Source: Clostridia bacterium
Lineage (GTDB): Bacteria > Bacillota > Clostridia > CAKSNL01 > HGM11501
DNA: 64,000 nt
NCBI GenBank assembly: GCA_045545475.1
Contig: JAZQAZ010000015.1
Span: 53,096-117,095, forward strand
Direction of reading: 5' to 3'
Within the stretch, counting starts at the first letter, position 1. The number at the start of each line of letters is the position of its first letter. The translations under genes were made by a program, and so were the position numbers. The notes beneath the pieces are model-generated. The model worked only from the letters and a program-made list of their open reading frames with translations, was not told where the DNA came from and did no database searches. Shown in pieces: positions 42,908 through 52,752 of this stretch.

Positions 42908-45343
42908 ATGGCATCTTTTGAAGACAGATTTACAGAAAAAGCCAAGCATGTTTTATCAGCGGCACAGGACTTTGCCGAAAAAATGGGCACAGGCTTTGTG
43001 GGAAGTGAGCATCTTCTTTTAGGCCTGCTTGACGAAGAAGCAGGCTCGGCATATCGCTATCTTACAAGCAAGGGTGTAACCCAAAATGCCGTAATTGATA
43101 AAATTTCCGAAATTTTAGAAATCCCCGGCGAAGCCAAGGCTGTTACGGAATACACCCCCAGAACCAAGAGGATTCTTGAAATAAGCTTTATGGAGGCAGG
43201 AAACTTAGGTTCCGGCTATATCGATACAGAGCATATATTACTTGCCTTATTCCGTGAAGGGCAGAATGTTGCTCTTCGAATCCTTGCCGCTATGGGACTT
43301 CCGAGAAATGCATATAATGACATACTGAACTTTTTAGTAGGCGGAAACGAAACTGCTGCGTCTCCTAAAAACGGTGATGCTCACGGTAATGTGAAAAAAA
43401 GCAAAACTCCCACGTTGAGCCAGTTTGGCAGAGACCTTACAAAACAGGCAAAGGAAGGAAAGTTCGACCCGGTTATAGGCAGAGACGATGAAATTAACCG
43501 AGTTATTCAGATTTTATCCCGCAGAAGCAAGAATAACCCCTGCTTAATCGGGGAACCCGGCGTTGGTAAAACCGCCATAGCCGAAGGCCTTGCACAGATG
43601 ATTGCAGAGGGCAATGTCCCCGAAAATCTCCGTGGAAAAAGCCTGTTTACTTTGGATTTATCCTCAATGCTTGCAGGTGCAAAATACAGAGGTGAATTTG
43701 AAGAAAGGCTTAAAACCGCCGTTGATGAAATTATAAAAAGCGGAAATGTGGTTTTGTTTATTGACGAAATTCACACCATCATCGGAGCAGGTGCAGCAGA
43801 GGGTGCGATTGATGCATCCAACATATTAAAACCCTCCCTCGCCCGTGGGGAGCTTCAGTTAATCGGTGCAACCACCATAAATGAGTACAGAAAATATATC
43901 GAAAAGGATGCGGCACTTGAGCGTCGTTTCCAGCCGGTAACCGTGGGTGAGCCCTCGGTTGAAGAGACAATAGAAATCCTTAAGGGATTAAAGGATAAGT
44001 ACGAAGCCCACCATAACGTAGAAATCACTCCCGAGGCGATTAATGCCGCGGCAAAGCTTTCCGCAAGATATATTTCAGATCGTTTTCTTCCAGACAAGGC
44101 GATTGACTTGATTGACGAAGCCTGCTCCAAAGCAAGGATGATTACCTTAACGCCTCCCGATGAGCTTAAGGCAATTGAAGAAGAGCTTTCAGAAGTCAAA
44201 AAGGAAAAGGATGCGGCAATAGCTTCCCAGGAATTTGAAAACGCCGCACTTCTCCGTGACAAGGAAAAGGAGCTTTCTGAAAATCTCCGCCTGAAAAAGG
44301 ATGAGTGGAGCAAGAAAAATTCCGAGCGTCATACCGTTATCACCGATGAACATATCGCATCAATTCTTTCTGACTGGACGAAAATTCCCGTAAGCAGACT
44401 TGGTGAGGACGATGCAAAAAGGCTATTAAAACTTGAAGAAACCCTTCACGGCAGAGTAATCGGTCAGCATGATGCGGTAAGTGCCGTATCCCGTGCCATA
44501 AGGCGTGGCAGAATGGGACTTAAGGACCCCAAACGTCCCATAGGCTCCTTCATATTCTTAGGCCCCACCGGTGTAGGTAAAACGGAGCTTTCAAAGGCAC
44601 TTGCCGAAGCGATGTTTGCAGACGAGGATGCAATGATAAGAATTGATATGTCAGAGTATATGGAAAAGCACTCGGTATCAAAGCTTGTGGGCTCCCCTCC
44701 CGGCTATGTAGGCTTTGAAGAGGGCGGTCAGCTTACTGAAAAGATAAGAAGAAAGCCCTATTCCGTTATTCTTTTTGACGAAATTGAAAAGGCACATCCC
44801 GATGTATTCAACATTATGCTCCAGATATTGGACGACGGCATTTTAACCGATTCTCAGGGCAGAAAGGTTGATTTCAGAAATACGGTTATCATAATGACAT
44901 CAAATATCGGTGCAAGAAAAATTACCGATACCGCAAAGTCCATAGGCTTTTCGGACAATAATGCCGATGCCGATTATGAAAAGATAAAGGACGGAGTTTT
45001 ATCCGAGCTTAAAAAGGAGTTCCGCCCCGAATTTCTTAACCGAATTGACGAAATAATCGTTTTCCATAAGCTTACGGAGCCGGAAATAAAGGAAATTGCA
45101 TCCCTTATGCTTGAAAGCGTTAAAAAGAGAATGAAGGCAATGGAAATAGATGTTGAGTTTACCGACAATCTCGTTTCCATGATTGCGAAGGAAGGCTTTG
45201 ACGCCACTTACGGTGCCCGCCCCTTAAGACGTGCAATTCAGACAAAGGTTGAAGACTTTTTAGCAGAAAAGATGCTGGAAGGCGTTATAAAAGCCCCCAC
45301 GAAAATCACCGTGGACTTTGACGAAAAGGTATTGATAAAATAA
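42908..45343 (+). CDS. clpC: ATP-dependent Clp protease ATPase ClpC
   Basis: Clp N repeats, GEPGVGKT, GPTGVGKTE, GSPPGYVG, UVR linker. Confidence 0.97.
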   Translation: MASFEDRFTEKAKHVLSAAQDFAEKMGTGFVGSEHLLLGLLDEEAGSAYRYLTSKGVTQNAVIDKISEILEIPGEAKAVTEYTPRTKRILEISFMEAGNLGSGYIDTEHILLALFREGQNVALRILAAMGLPRNAYNDILNFLVGGNETAASPKNGDAHGNVKKSKTPTLSQFGRDLTKQAKEGKFDPVIGRDDEINRVIQILSRRSKNNPCLIGEPGVGKTAIAEGLAQMIAEGNVPENLRGKSLFTLDLSSMLAGAKYRGEFEERLKTAVDEIIKSGNVVLFIDEIHTIIGAGAAEGAIDASNILKPSLARGELQLIGATTINEYRKYIEKDAALERRFQPVTVGEPSVEETIEILKGLKDKYEAHHNVEITPEAINAAAKLSARYISDRFLPDKAIDLIDEACSKARMITLTPPDELKAIEEELSEVKKEKDAAIASQEFENAALLRDKEKELSENLRLKKDEWSKKNSERHTVITDEHIASILSDWTKIPVSRLGEDDAKRLLKLEETLHGRVIGQHDAVSAVSRAIRRGRMGLKDPKRPIGSFIFLGPTGVGKTELSKALAEAMFADEDAMIRIDMSEYMEKHSVSKLVGSPPGYVGFEEGGQLTEKIRRKPYSVILFDEIEKAHPDVFNIMLQILDDGILTDSQGRKVDFRNTVIIMTSNIGARKITDTAKSIGFSDNNADADYEKIKDGVLSELKKEFRPEFLNRIDEIIVFHKLTEPEIKEIASLMLESVKKRMKAMEIDVEFTDNLVSMIAKEGFDATYGARPLRRAIQTKVEDFLAEKMLEGVIKAPTKITVDFDEKVLIK

Positions 45344-45395
45344 AAAAATCCGCAGTGTAGCACTTTAAATGGCAAAGCTTCTTGATGAAAACATA

Positions 45396-45443
45396 AAAAC
45401 AAAGTCAGACTATTAAAATTCCCCAATAGTCTGACTTTGTTTT
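45396..45443. terminator. Bidirectional terminator between clpC and lipoprotein gene
   Basis: 19-bp arms aaaacaaagtcagactatt/aatagtctgactttgtttt. Confidence 0.8.
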
Positions 45444-45446
45444 ATT

Positions 45447-46535
45447 TTACTTCTGCAAACTTATAACCGGCTCTTCACCATCTTTATAAAGCAAATAAAT
45501 ACCATCTGCTACCTTTCGAACTTCACAGATATTAGTTGTATCTTTATCGTGGTAAATGTATTCTAAAAAATCTCCGGATATTTTCCATGTACCATCTGAT
45601 ATGTACTGATTTTCCAGTATTCCGTTTTCACAAAAAACTATTGGTTCACCATAATTACTGGATGAATTCCACTCCCCTACTATAACAGCTTTGATTTCTT
45701 CAGAATGTAATAATTGATAATTGTCTTTGTTTTCTTTGAAATATTCAATTGCATCTTCAGATGTTGGAGAAAGCAAATAGAACATCAGTTGTGATTCTTC
45801 ATATTTTTCTTTTGCATCGGAGTAATCTCCTGCAAGTTCAAATTTTTCCATTGCATAGCCGTATTCTTTTTTATTAAAAAGTTCTATGCCACTATTATAG
45901 AATATCTCCCCTGATTCTTCATCAAATTCTGTAGTATAAGTCAATTTAGTATATTTCCTTTTCGAATCCGGAATACTTACTTGAATATCAAATGTATCAT
46001 CCAAAGATTCCGGCTCAAAATCAACGATACCGGCAATTCTGTAAGATTCGCTTCTTCCGGCGAACAGTAAATGATTCATTGTATCAATTTCTTCGAGAGC
46101 CCGTTGTGTATGTCTATCTATAATTACACTTGAGGACATATTAAATCCGCCATCTTTTAAGCCACTTATATCATACGATTTTCCGTTGTATTTAATTTTC
46201 CAGTCAAGCTTGAGAATAATATCTTCGGATGAGCTAAAAGGACTTCCTACACTCATAGTTGCAGCTCGATCTTTATTATTTACTGTAAATGAAATCACAA
46301 CAACGGACTTACCTGTCGGAGCACCATATGCGGTTTTTTTGTCTGTCGGTGCCAAATACGTTCCATTATGCGTTGCACTCGCATAAACAGAAAGTTTTGC
46401 ATCATCAATACTAAAGTCAACAACATCCGTAGAAGCAGTTTCCCATAAATTCAATGTGTTTTTGTTATTTCCACCACACGCACAAAGCACTACAGTCAAT
46501 GAGAACATTAAAAACAAACCAACTATTTTTTTCAT
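45447..46535 (-). CDS. Hypothetical lipoprotein (TPR-like helix pair in C-terminal half)
   Basis: MKKIVGLFLMFSLTVVLCA-C lipobox; AT-rich. Confidence 0.7.
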   Translation of the reverse strand: MKKIVGLFLMFSLTVVLCACGGNNKNTLNLWETASTDVVDFSIDDAKLSVYASATHNGTYLAPTDKKTAYGAPTGKSVVVISFTVNNKDRAATMSVGSPFSSSEDIILKLDWKIKYNGKSYDISGLKDGGFNMSSSVIIDRHTQRALEEIDTMNHLLFAGRSESYRIAGIVDFEPESLDDTFDIQVSIPDSKRKYTKLTYTTEFDEESGEIFYNSGIELFNKKEYGYAMEKFELAGDYSDAKEKYEESQLMFYLLSPTSEDAIEYFKENKDNYQLLHSEEIKAVIVGEWNSSSNYGEPIVFCENGILENQYISDGTWKISGDFLEYIYHDKDTTNICEVRKVADGIYLLYKDGEEPVISLQK

Positions 46536-46606
46536 TTCTTATAATTCCTTTCTAAATTAATCTTTAACTTAAATAAATTTTTCTCCTTTCTAAAAAATCA
46601 TGCAAT

Positions 46607-46806
46607 AAAAAATGCGCCTACCGAAGCAGACGCATAAAAAACGCAAACTCCGATAGTCGCCAAACTAATTGATTAAGACAAGAACAAATCTATATCACCT
46701 CAATAGGAATTTGCATTTTTATCAAATTCAAAAGGTAACACAAATAAACTTATCCTTTAATAAAAAGAAAAAGTCCTTGTCAATAATATTCAATTAGTTT
46801 GGCATA
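46607..46806 (-). ncRNA. Candidate structured 5' leader / attenuator RNA
   Basis: 14-bp perfect long-range stem 46659-72/46790-803, 9-bp pairing 46706-14 with 46643-51, UUCG terminator hairpin 46612-35 + U-tract. Confidence 0.55.
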
Positions 46807-46809
46807 ATT

Positions 46810-46838
46810 ATTATAACATATTTTTCAAAAGATTTCAA
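46810..46838 (-). promoter_or_regulatory. sigmaA promoter (extended -10) driving the structured leader
   Basis: TTGAAA-17-TATAAT with TG at -15. Confidence 0.7.
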
Positions 46839-46955
46839 TAGTTTTTAATTTTTTTATACACCATTTCAAAATACAGAAGATTTTACTGCTTTTTGAAACA
46901 TTCAGCGTCTCCCGTTACATTAAAACGAGACGATATAAGCATCGTCCCTTACGAT

Positions 46956-46991
46956 AAAAGGCAGAAACGAAATTAATCGTTTCTGCCTTTT
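46956..46991 (-). terminator. Terminator of succinate operon
   Basis: aaaaggcagaaacga/tcgtttctgcctttt. Confidence 0.8.
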
Positions 46992-47022
46992 AATTTTGTA
47001 TTTAAGAGAACTATATTGCGGA

Positions 47023-47577
47023 TTATTTTGATTCAAGATAGTTCTTTCTGCCTTCTTCATATAAGTTATTACCCTCAGAGTCGATTATTACAACAAGTGG
47101 CATATCCTCTACATAAAGCTTACGGAGTGCTTCTGCACCAAGGTCTTCATAAGCAATAAGCTCACACTTTTTGATGCACTTGGCAAGGAGTGCACCTGCA
47201 CCGCCGATGGCACCGAAATATACGCCGTCGTACTTTTTCATTGCTTCAACCACTTCGGGAAGTCTTGCGCCCTTACCTATCATACCTCTTGCACCAACGC
47301 TCATCATTGTGGGGGCGTAGGCATCCATTCTTCCGCTGGTTGTGGGTCCGGCAGAGCCAATAACCTTACCCGGCTTTGCTGGGGTGGGGCCAACGTAATA
47401 AATGGTAGCATCTTTCGGATCAAAGGGAAGTGCTTCACCCTTTGCTAATGTTTCGCACATTCTCTTATGTCCCGCATCACGGGAGGTATAAATTTCACCG
47501 GTTAAATAAACCTTGTCGCCTGCCTTAAGTGTTCTTGCAAGCTCGCTTGTTAAAGGAAGATTAATATGCTTTTCCAT
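47023..47577 (-). CDS. Class I fumarate hydratase beta subunit (Fe-S hydro-lyase C-terminal)
   Basis: SRDAGHKR, YYVGPTP, SAGPTTSGRMD, MIGKG. Confidence 0.92.
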   Translation of the reverse strand: MEKHINLPLTSELARTLKAGDKVYLTGEIYTSRDAGHKRMCETLAKGEALPFDPKDATIYYVGPTPAKPGKVIGSAGPTTSGRMDAYAPTMMSVGARGMIGKGARLPEVVEAMKKYDGVYFGAIGGAGALLAKCIKKCELIAYEDLGAEALRKLYVEDMPLVVIIDSEGNNLYEEGRKNYLESK

Positions 47578-48419
47578 TATATCACCTCCGACTTATGACG
47601 CGTTACGTGACAGTTGATATTTACTGCACAGGGCATACCTGCGATATGTGTGGGAAGAGTTTCGATGTTAAGACCGATTGCCGTTGTCTTTCCGCCAAAG
47701 CCCTGGGGACCGATTCCGAGCTGATTGATTTTTTCGAGCATTTCCTTTTCAAGGTCTGCATAGAAAGGATCGGGATTTTCGGAATCTAAACTTCTCATAA
47801 GAGCCTTCTTTGCAAGAAGAGCACACTTATCAAATGTTCCGCCGATGCCAACGCCTACTACCATAGGGGGACAAGGGTTAGGACCTGCTGTTTCAACAAC
47901 CTCCAGGATAAAGTCCTTTATTCCCTGAAGACCTGCAGAGGGCTTGAACATTCTTATCATACTCATATTTTCGCTTCCGAAGCCCTTGGGACCAAGAGTG
48001 ATTTTAACGTTCTCACCGGGAACGATTTCCGTGTAGAGCATTGCGGGAGTGTTATCTCCGGTGTTTCCGCGTCTTACGGGGTCAGCCACAACGGACTTTC
48101 TTAAATAGCCTTTGTCATAACCGCGTCTTACACCTTCGTTTACGGCGTCTGTAAGGTCGCCGCCTGTAAGATGCACATCCTGACCGATTTCAAGGAATAC
48201 ACAAGCCATTCCTGTGTCCTGACAAACGGGAACATCCTCACTGTCCGCAATTTCAAAGTTTTCAATGATATCATCAAGAACGCCCTTTGCAATTTCGCCG
48301 TCCTCACATGCACGGCAGGACTTAATTGCACATTTAACATCCTCGGGAAGGTGGTTGTTTGCTTCTATACAAAGTCTTTCAACCACGTCAGTAATCTCGT
48401 TCACATTAATTTCACGCAT
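47577..48419 (-). CDS. Class I fumarate hydratase alpha subunit
   Basis: PVCQDTG, GDNTPA, KGFGSEN, NPCPP, NCHVTRH; start ATG 48419. Confidence 0.93.
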   Translation of the reverse strand: MREINVNEITDVVERLCIEANNHLPEDVKCAIKSCRACEDGEIAKGVLDDIIENFEIADSEDVPVCQDTGMACVFLEIGQDVHLTGGDLTDAVNEGVRRGYDKGYLRKSVVADPVRRGNTGDNTPAMLYTEIVPGENVKITLGPKGFGSENMSMIRMFKPSAGLQGIKDFILEVVETAGPNPCPPMVVGVGIGGTFDKCALLAKKALMRSLDSENPDPFYADLEKEMLEKINQLGIGPQGFGGKTTAIGLNIETLPTHIAGMPCAVNINCHVTRHKSEVI

Positions 48420-48433
48420 TTTTATTCTCCTTT

Positions 48434-49588
48434 TTATAAGAATTTTCCGATAAACTGGCAGGCGAGCACAACGCACACCAACGCCACGGGATAGGTTGCC
48501 GCATATGCCGATGCAACATCATCAGTTTTCGTAACCTTAACAAGTGTTCCGAGGGCAGGAGTTGATGTCATACCGCCGCAGATTGAGCCTAAGTTATTGA
48601 ATATGGAAAGCTTCAACACCTTTGCCGCCATTATATATCCTATGAACATCGGAATAAGTGTAATGAGTGCACCGTAAACGAAAAGCATAGCACCGTGCTT
48701 TGAAAGGGTTTCCACAAAGCCTGCACCGCCCTTTACACCTGCACCCATCAGGAAAAGTGCAAGGCCGAATTCTCTCATAGCTTCAAGTACGGGCTTTTTA
48801 ACCTTTAACGAAACCTTTCCCACTTTTCCGAAATGTCCCATTACAAGACCTGCAATCAGCGGGCCTCCGGATGTACCGAGGGCAAAGCTTGTGCCTCCGG
48901 GAAGCGGGATTGTGATTTTTGCAAGGATTATACCAAGCACAATGGCAACTGCGAAAGCACCGAAGCCGAAGCTGTCGATACAGAATAAGCTTTTGCCTTC
49001 TTCCTTTATCTCAACGCCGGATGCCGCTTCAAACTTTTCTTTTTCCTTGTCAATATCAATTTTAAGGATTTTCGGAACAAGCTGAACGAAAAGCACAACG
49101 CCCACAACGCCGAAGGGATAAGCAATACCGTAGCCTACGGATGCAAGGTCTGAGCCGGTTGCTTCAATTGCCGCACCGAGACCGGGGGTGCTTGTAAGAG
49201 CACCTGCCATCATACCAACTGAAATATCCGTCGGAATATTGAATACTTTTATAATTCCTATTGTTGTAAGAGCACCTGCGGCAATTACGATAACACCAAG
49301 TAAAATATAAGATTTTGCATTTACTTTGAAGTTTCTGAAAAATTTAGGGCCTGCGATAAAGCCAACCGCCGTAACAAAGGCGATAAGCCCCAGATCTCCC
49401 ACAACGGAAGGAACGCTGTAGCCGAAATGGCCGAAAACAAGAGCAACAAGAAGCACTCCCGCCGTTCCAAGCTCAAGTCCTGCAATTTTTATACTTCCGA
49501 TAATATAGCCGAGGGAAAGTATTAAAAATGTAATCATAAGGGGATTTCCCATTACAGATTCGGTAAACCAGGTAATAAGTGTTTCCAT
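48434..49588 (-). CDS. AspT/YidE/YbjL family permease lacking TrkA-C domains; probable dicarboxylate (succinate) exporter
   Basis: Duplicated membrane domains with GALTSTPGLG and GGMTSTPALG, YGIAYPFG, YAATYP. Confidence 0.8.
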   Translation of the reverse strand: METLITWFTESVMGNPLMITFLILSLGYIIGSIKIAGLELGTAGVLLVALVFGHFGYSVPSVVGDLGLIAFVTAVGFIAGPKFFRNFKVNAKSYILLGVIVIAAGALTTIGIIKVFNIPTDISVGMMAGALTSTPGLGAAIEATGSDLASVGYGIAYPFGVVGVVLFVQLVPKILKIDIDKEKEKFEAASGVEIKEEGKSLFCIDSFGFGAFAVAIVLGIILAKITIPLPGGTSFALGTSGGPLIAGLVMGHFGKVGKVSLKVKKPVLEAMREFGLALFLMGAGVKGGAGFVETLSKHGAMLFVYGALITLIPMFIGYIMAAKVLKLSIFNNLGSICGGMTSTPALGTLVKVTKTDDVASAYAATYPVALVCVVLACQFIGKFL

Positions 49589-49596
49589 AAAAACCC

Positions 49597-51189
49597 TCAC
49601 TTTCTGGTGTAATCGGGAAGAAGTCTCGGAGATGCGGTGTCATTTACGATACCTGCTTCCTTTCTTTCCTTCTCGAATGCTTCAACGTGAGAAAGAGTAA
49701 GCTCTCCAGCCTCTGTTTCTTTGCTTAACTTTGCCGCCATTTTACCTGCGTGACGGCCGAATACGATGATGTCAAGAAGTGAGTTACCCATAAGACGGTT
49801 TCTTCCGTGTATACCGCCCACAGCCTCACCTGCAACAAACAGGTTTTTAACATCTGTCATGCCATCGGGATTAATGAAAAGACCGCCGTTCTGATAGTGG
49901 AGAGTGGGGAAAACAAGCATAGGCATTTTTCTTATATCCCATCCGTATTTTCCGTACATTCTCATCATTCCGGGAATTCTCTTTTCGATTGTTCCCTCAC
50001 CGTGGATTTCTTCAATCATGGGAGTATCAAGCCATACCGCACTTCCGTGGGGTGTTGTTACACCTAAATTTCTTTCAGTACATTCGCGGATGATGGATGC
50101 CGCAGATACGTCACGGGTTTCCAAAGGATGCATAAATGCAACACCTTCGGCATTTACAAGCATAGCACCGATGGAACGAACCTTTTCTGTTACAAGTGCA
50201 CCGTAAATCTGGTCGGGATATGCAACGCCCGTGGGATGATACTGAAGGGTATCTGCATATAAAAGCTTTGCTCCCGCACGGTAACCTAAAATAAGTCCGT
50301 CAGCTGTTGCACCGTAGTGGTTTGATGTGGGGAAGCCCTGATAGTGAAGTCTTCCCGCACCGCCGGTTGCGATGATTACGGTTTTAGCTCTTGCAATTAA
50401 GATTTCGCCTGTTTCCATATTTTTAAGAACTGCACCTGTTACGCTTCCCTTACCGTCTGTAAGAAGCTCAATTGCCGCAGTAAAATCAACCACGGGAATC
50501 TTGCGGTTTAATACTTCATCACGGAGAGTTCTCATAATTTCAGCACCGGAATAATCCTTTGCGGCGTGCATTCTCTTTCTTGATGTACCGCCGCCGTGGG
50601 TGGTAATCATTGTGCCGTCCTTATCTTTATCAAACATTACGCCAAGGTCGTTAAGCCACTTGATGGCACCGGGGCCGTCTGTTACAAGCTTTCTTAAAAG
50701 CTCGGGAACGTTTGCATAATGACCGCCGCCAAGAGCGTCGATATAGTGCTGTGCGGGAGAGTCGTTTTCTTTGTCTGCCGCCTGGATACCGCCCTCTGCC
50801 ATCATTGTGTTGGCATCGCCGATACGAAGCTTTGTAACAATCATTACGTTTGCACCTGCTTCATTTGCTTCAATTGCCGCAGATGAGCCGGCACCGCCAC
50901 CGCCTATTACAAGTACGTCAACATCGTAGTCGATTTTTGTAAGGTCAATGTCTAAATCAAGGGTTCTGCTTTTTCCCTGAAGAAGCTCGCAAAGCTCTTC
51001 GGGCACCTTGTCTCCCTTGTTGGGGCCGACGGTAAGGTTTTTAAAGCCTTCTTCCTTATAGTCAGGATGGAACTTCTTTAAAAGTGCATCCTTTTCTTCT
51101 GCTGTCATTCTCTTTGGCTCAAAGCCGATTCTTTCTTTTCTTGTAGCTTCAACTTTTTTAACTGAAGCAAGCATTTCCTCTGTAAACAT
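49597..51189 (-). CDS. frdA: Soluble fumarate reductase flavoprotein subunit (TfrA/FrdA-like)
   Basis: GGGGAG, MMAEGG, QYHPT, TEKVR, LETRD, LHYQNGG, HGRNRLMGNSL; operon with fumarase. Confidence 0.8.
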   Translation of the reverse strand: MFTEEMLASVKKVEATRKERIGFEPKRMTAEEKDALLKKFHPDYKEEGFKNLTVGPNKGDKVPEELCELLQGKSRTLDLDIDLTKIDYDVDVLVIGGGGAGSSAAIEANEAGANVMIVTKLRIGDANTMMAEGGIQAADKENDSPAQHYIDALGGGHYANVPELLRKLVTDGPGAIKWLNDLGVMFDKDKDGTMITTHGGGTSRKRMHAAKDYSGAEIMRTLRDEVLNRKIPVVDFTAAIELLTDGKGSVTGAVLKNMETGEILIARAKTVIIATGGAGRLHYQGFPTSNHYGATADGLILGYRAGAKLLYADTLQYHPTGVAYPDQIYGALVTEKVRSIGAMLVNAEGVAFMHPLETRDVSAASIIRECTERNLGVTTPHGSAVWLDTPMIEEIHGEGTIEKRIPGMMRMYGKYGWDIRKMPMLVFPTLHYQNGGLFINPDGMTDVKNLFVAGEAVGGIHGRNRLMGNSLLDIIVFGRHAGKMAAKLSKETEAGELTLSHVEAFEKERKEAGIVNDTASPRLLPDYTRK

Positions 51190-51205
51190 AAAAGTTCCCC
51201 CTTTC

Positions 51206-51880
51206 TTATTTCTCAATTTCTCTTGTATTGTAAAGCTCTTTCAACTCTTCAATGGGCTTTTGCATAAGGTCTTCGATTAATTCCGTAAAGGTGCCTTCCT
51301 CGATTTCCTTAACTCTTGCCTCCAAGTGTCCGCTGGAAGGTGCAAGATACTTACCTGTAAGACGTCTTGCAAGAAGACCAACCTGAGGATGGCTTATTCC
51401 TGCAGGGCAGCGGGATGAGCAAACGCCGCACATTACGCAGTCGAAGGATTCCTCGGCACACTTTTCAAAGTCGCCTCTCTGAGCATATGCGATGTACTGC
51501 ATTACGTTAAGATCCTGAGTACATGCCTTTGTGCAGGCATTACATCCGATACAGCTGTAAATTTCGGGATAAAGCTGCATCATAATCTGACTTGTGGGAG
51601 AAACCTCGTTTATGTTGTATACCTCTTTTATGAGCGGGAAGAAAGGAAGTGTTGCCACATACATATTGTCCTCCACCGTTGTCTGGCAGGCAAGGCAAAC
51701 CTTTAAGTCCCTCTCCCCTTTTATACGGTAGATTGTTGCACAGGCACCGCAAAATCCGTTACGGCAGCCGCAACCTCTTACCAGGCTGTAGCCCGCATAT
51801 TCCATGGCACTCATTATTGTGAGCCCTGCGGGAACAGTATATTTCTTTCCGAAAAAGAATACATTTACCATATTTTCCAT
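51206..51880 (-). CDS. frdB: Fumarate reductase iron-sulfur subunit (2Fe-2S + 2x4Fe-4S)
   Basis: CRNGFCGAC...LACQ, CIGCNACTKAC, CVMCGVCSSRCP. Confidence 0.78.
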   Translation of the reverse strand: MENMVNVFFFGKKYTVPAGLTIMSAMEYAGYSLVRGCGCRNGFCGACATIYRIKGERDLKVCLACQTTVEDNMYVATLPFFPLIKEVYNINEVSPTSQIMMQLYPEIYSCIGCNACTKACTQDLNVMQYIAYAQRGDFEKCAEESFDCVMCGVCSSRCPAGISHPQVGLLARRLTGKYLAPSSGHLEARVKEIEEGTFTELIEDLMQKPIEELKELYNTREIEK

Positions 51881-51896
51881 ATCGCACTTACCTTTC

Positions 51897-52751
51897 TCAA
51901 TACTCGTCCGGCAATTCGTCTACTTCGTCACAGCGAAATACAGGGCCGTCCTTGCATACATATTTTGAACCGATGTTACATCTTCCGCATTTGCCGATAC
52001 CGCACTTCATACGAAGCTCCAAGGTAGTGTAAACCTGCTCCTTGGAAAAGCCAAGCTCGCCCAATGCTTCAAGCACAAACTTGATCATTATGGGAGGGCC
52101 GCATACCAAAGCGGTTTTATCGTTGGAGAAGCCTATTTCCTTAAGGTAGGAAGGAACAAAGCCGACGTGACCATTCCAGGATTCTTCCTCGCGGTCGATT
52201 GTAAGGTACACGTTTGTGTCCTTCATATTCTTCCATACGTTTTCGATTTCGGAAAGGCCCACAAGGTCGGCACTTGAACGAGAGCCGTATAAAATATCAA
52301 CCTTACCGTAATCGTCACGATTATCAAAAACATAGTTTATAACAGAGCGAAGCGGTGCAAGACCGATACCGCCTGCGATAAAGAGAAGGTCCTTTCCCTT
52401 AAGCTTATCCTCTACGGGGAAATGGTTTCCGTAGGGACCTCTTATGGCTATTTCACTGCCAACCGTTAGGCTATGAAGATAGTCGGTTAAAACGCCACAC
52501 TTTTTAATACTGAATTCCTGATATTCTTTATTGGTGGGCGATGATGTTATTGAAAACATACCCTCGCTTACGCCGGGAGCACAAAGCATTGCACATTGCC
52601 CTGGCATATGTTCAAACATTTTTCCGCCACCAGGTGCATTTACTCGGAAGGTTTTAACATCGGGAGTCTGCTCTGTTATTTCGGTGATAATACCAACCTT
52701 CGGGATAAGTATATCTTCCCTGTATTTACTTTTGCATGTACAGTCGCTCAT
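51897..52751 (-). CDS. flxA: FlxA-like FAD/NAD(P)-binding oxidoreductase (AsrB/PyrK family)
   Basis: FSITSSP, RGPYGN, IAGGIGLAP, VCGPPIM, MKCGIGKCGRC...CKDGPVF. Confidence 0.8.
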   Translation of the reverse strand: MSDCTCKSKYREDILIPKVGIITEITEQTPDVKTFRVNAPGGGKMFEHMPGQCAMLCAPGVSEGMFSITSSPTNKEYQEFSIKKCGVLTDYLHSLTVGSEIAIRGPYGNHFPVEDKLKGKDLLFIAGGIGLAPLRSVINYVFDNRDDYGKVDILYGSRSSADLVGLSEIENVWKNMKDTNVYLTIDREEESWNGHVGFVPSYLKEIGFSNDKTALVCGPPIMIKFVLEALGELGFSKEQVYTTLELRMKCGIGKCGRCNIGSKYVCKDGPVFRCDEVDELPDEY

Positions 52752-52752
52752 T

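Noticed and set aside
46905-46955. Short imperfect hairpins (cgtctc/gagacg, acgat/atcgt) resembling a REP remnant
   Set aside because: Single degenerate copy, no tnpA; insufficient support
49597-51189. L-aspartate oxidase NadB
   Set aside because: No nadA/nadC; paired with an Fe-S subunit, fumarase and MDH
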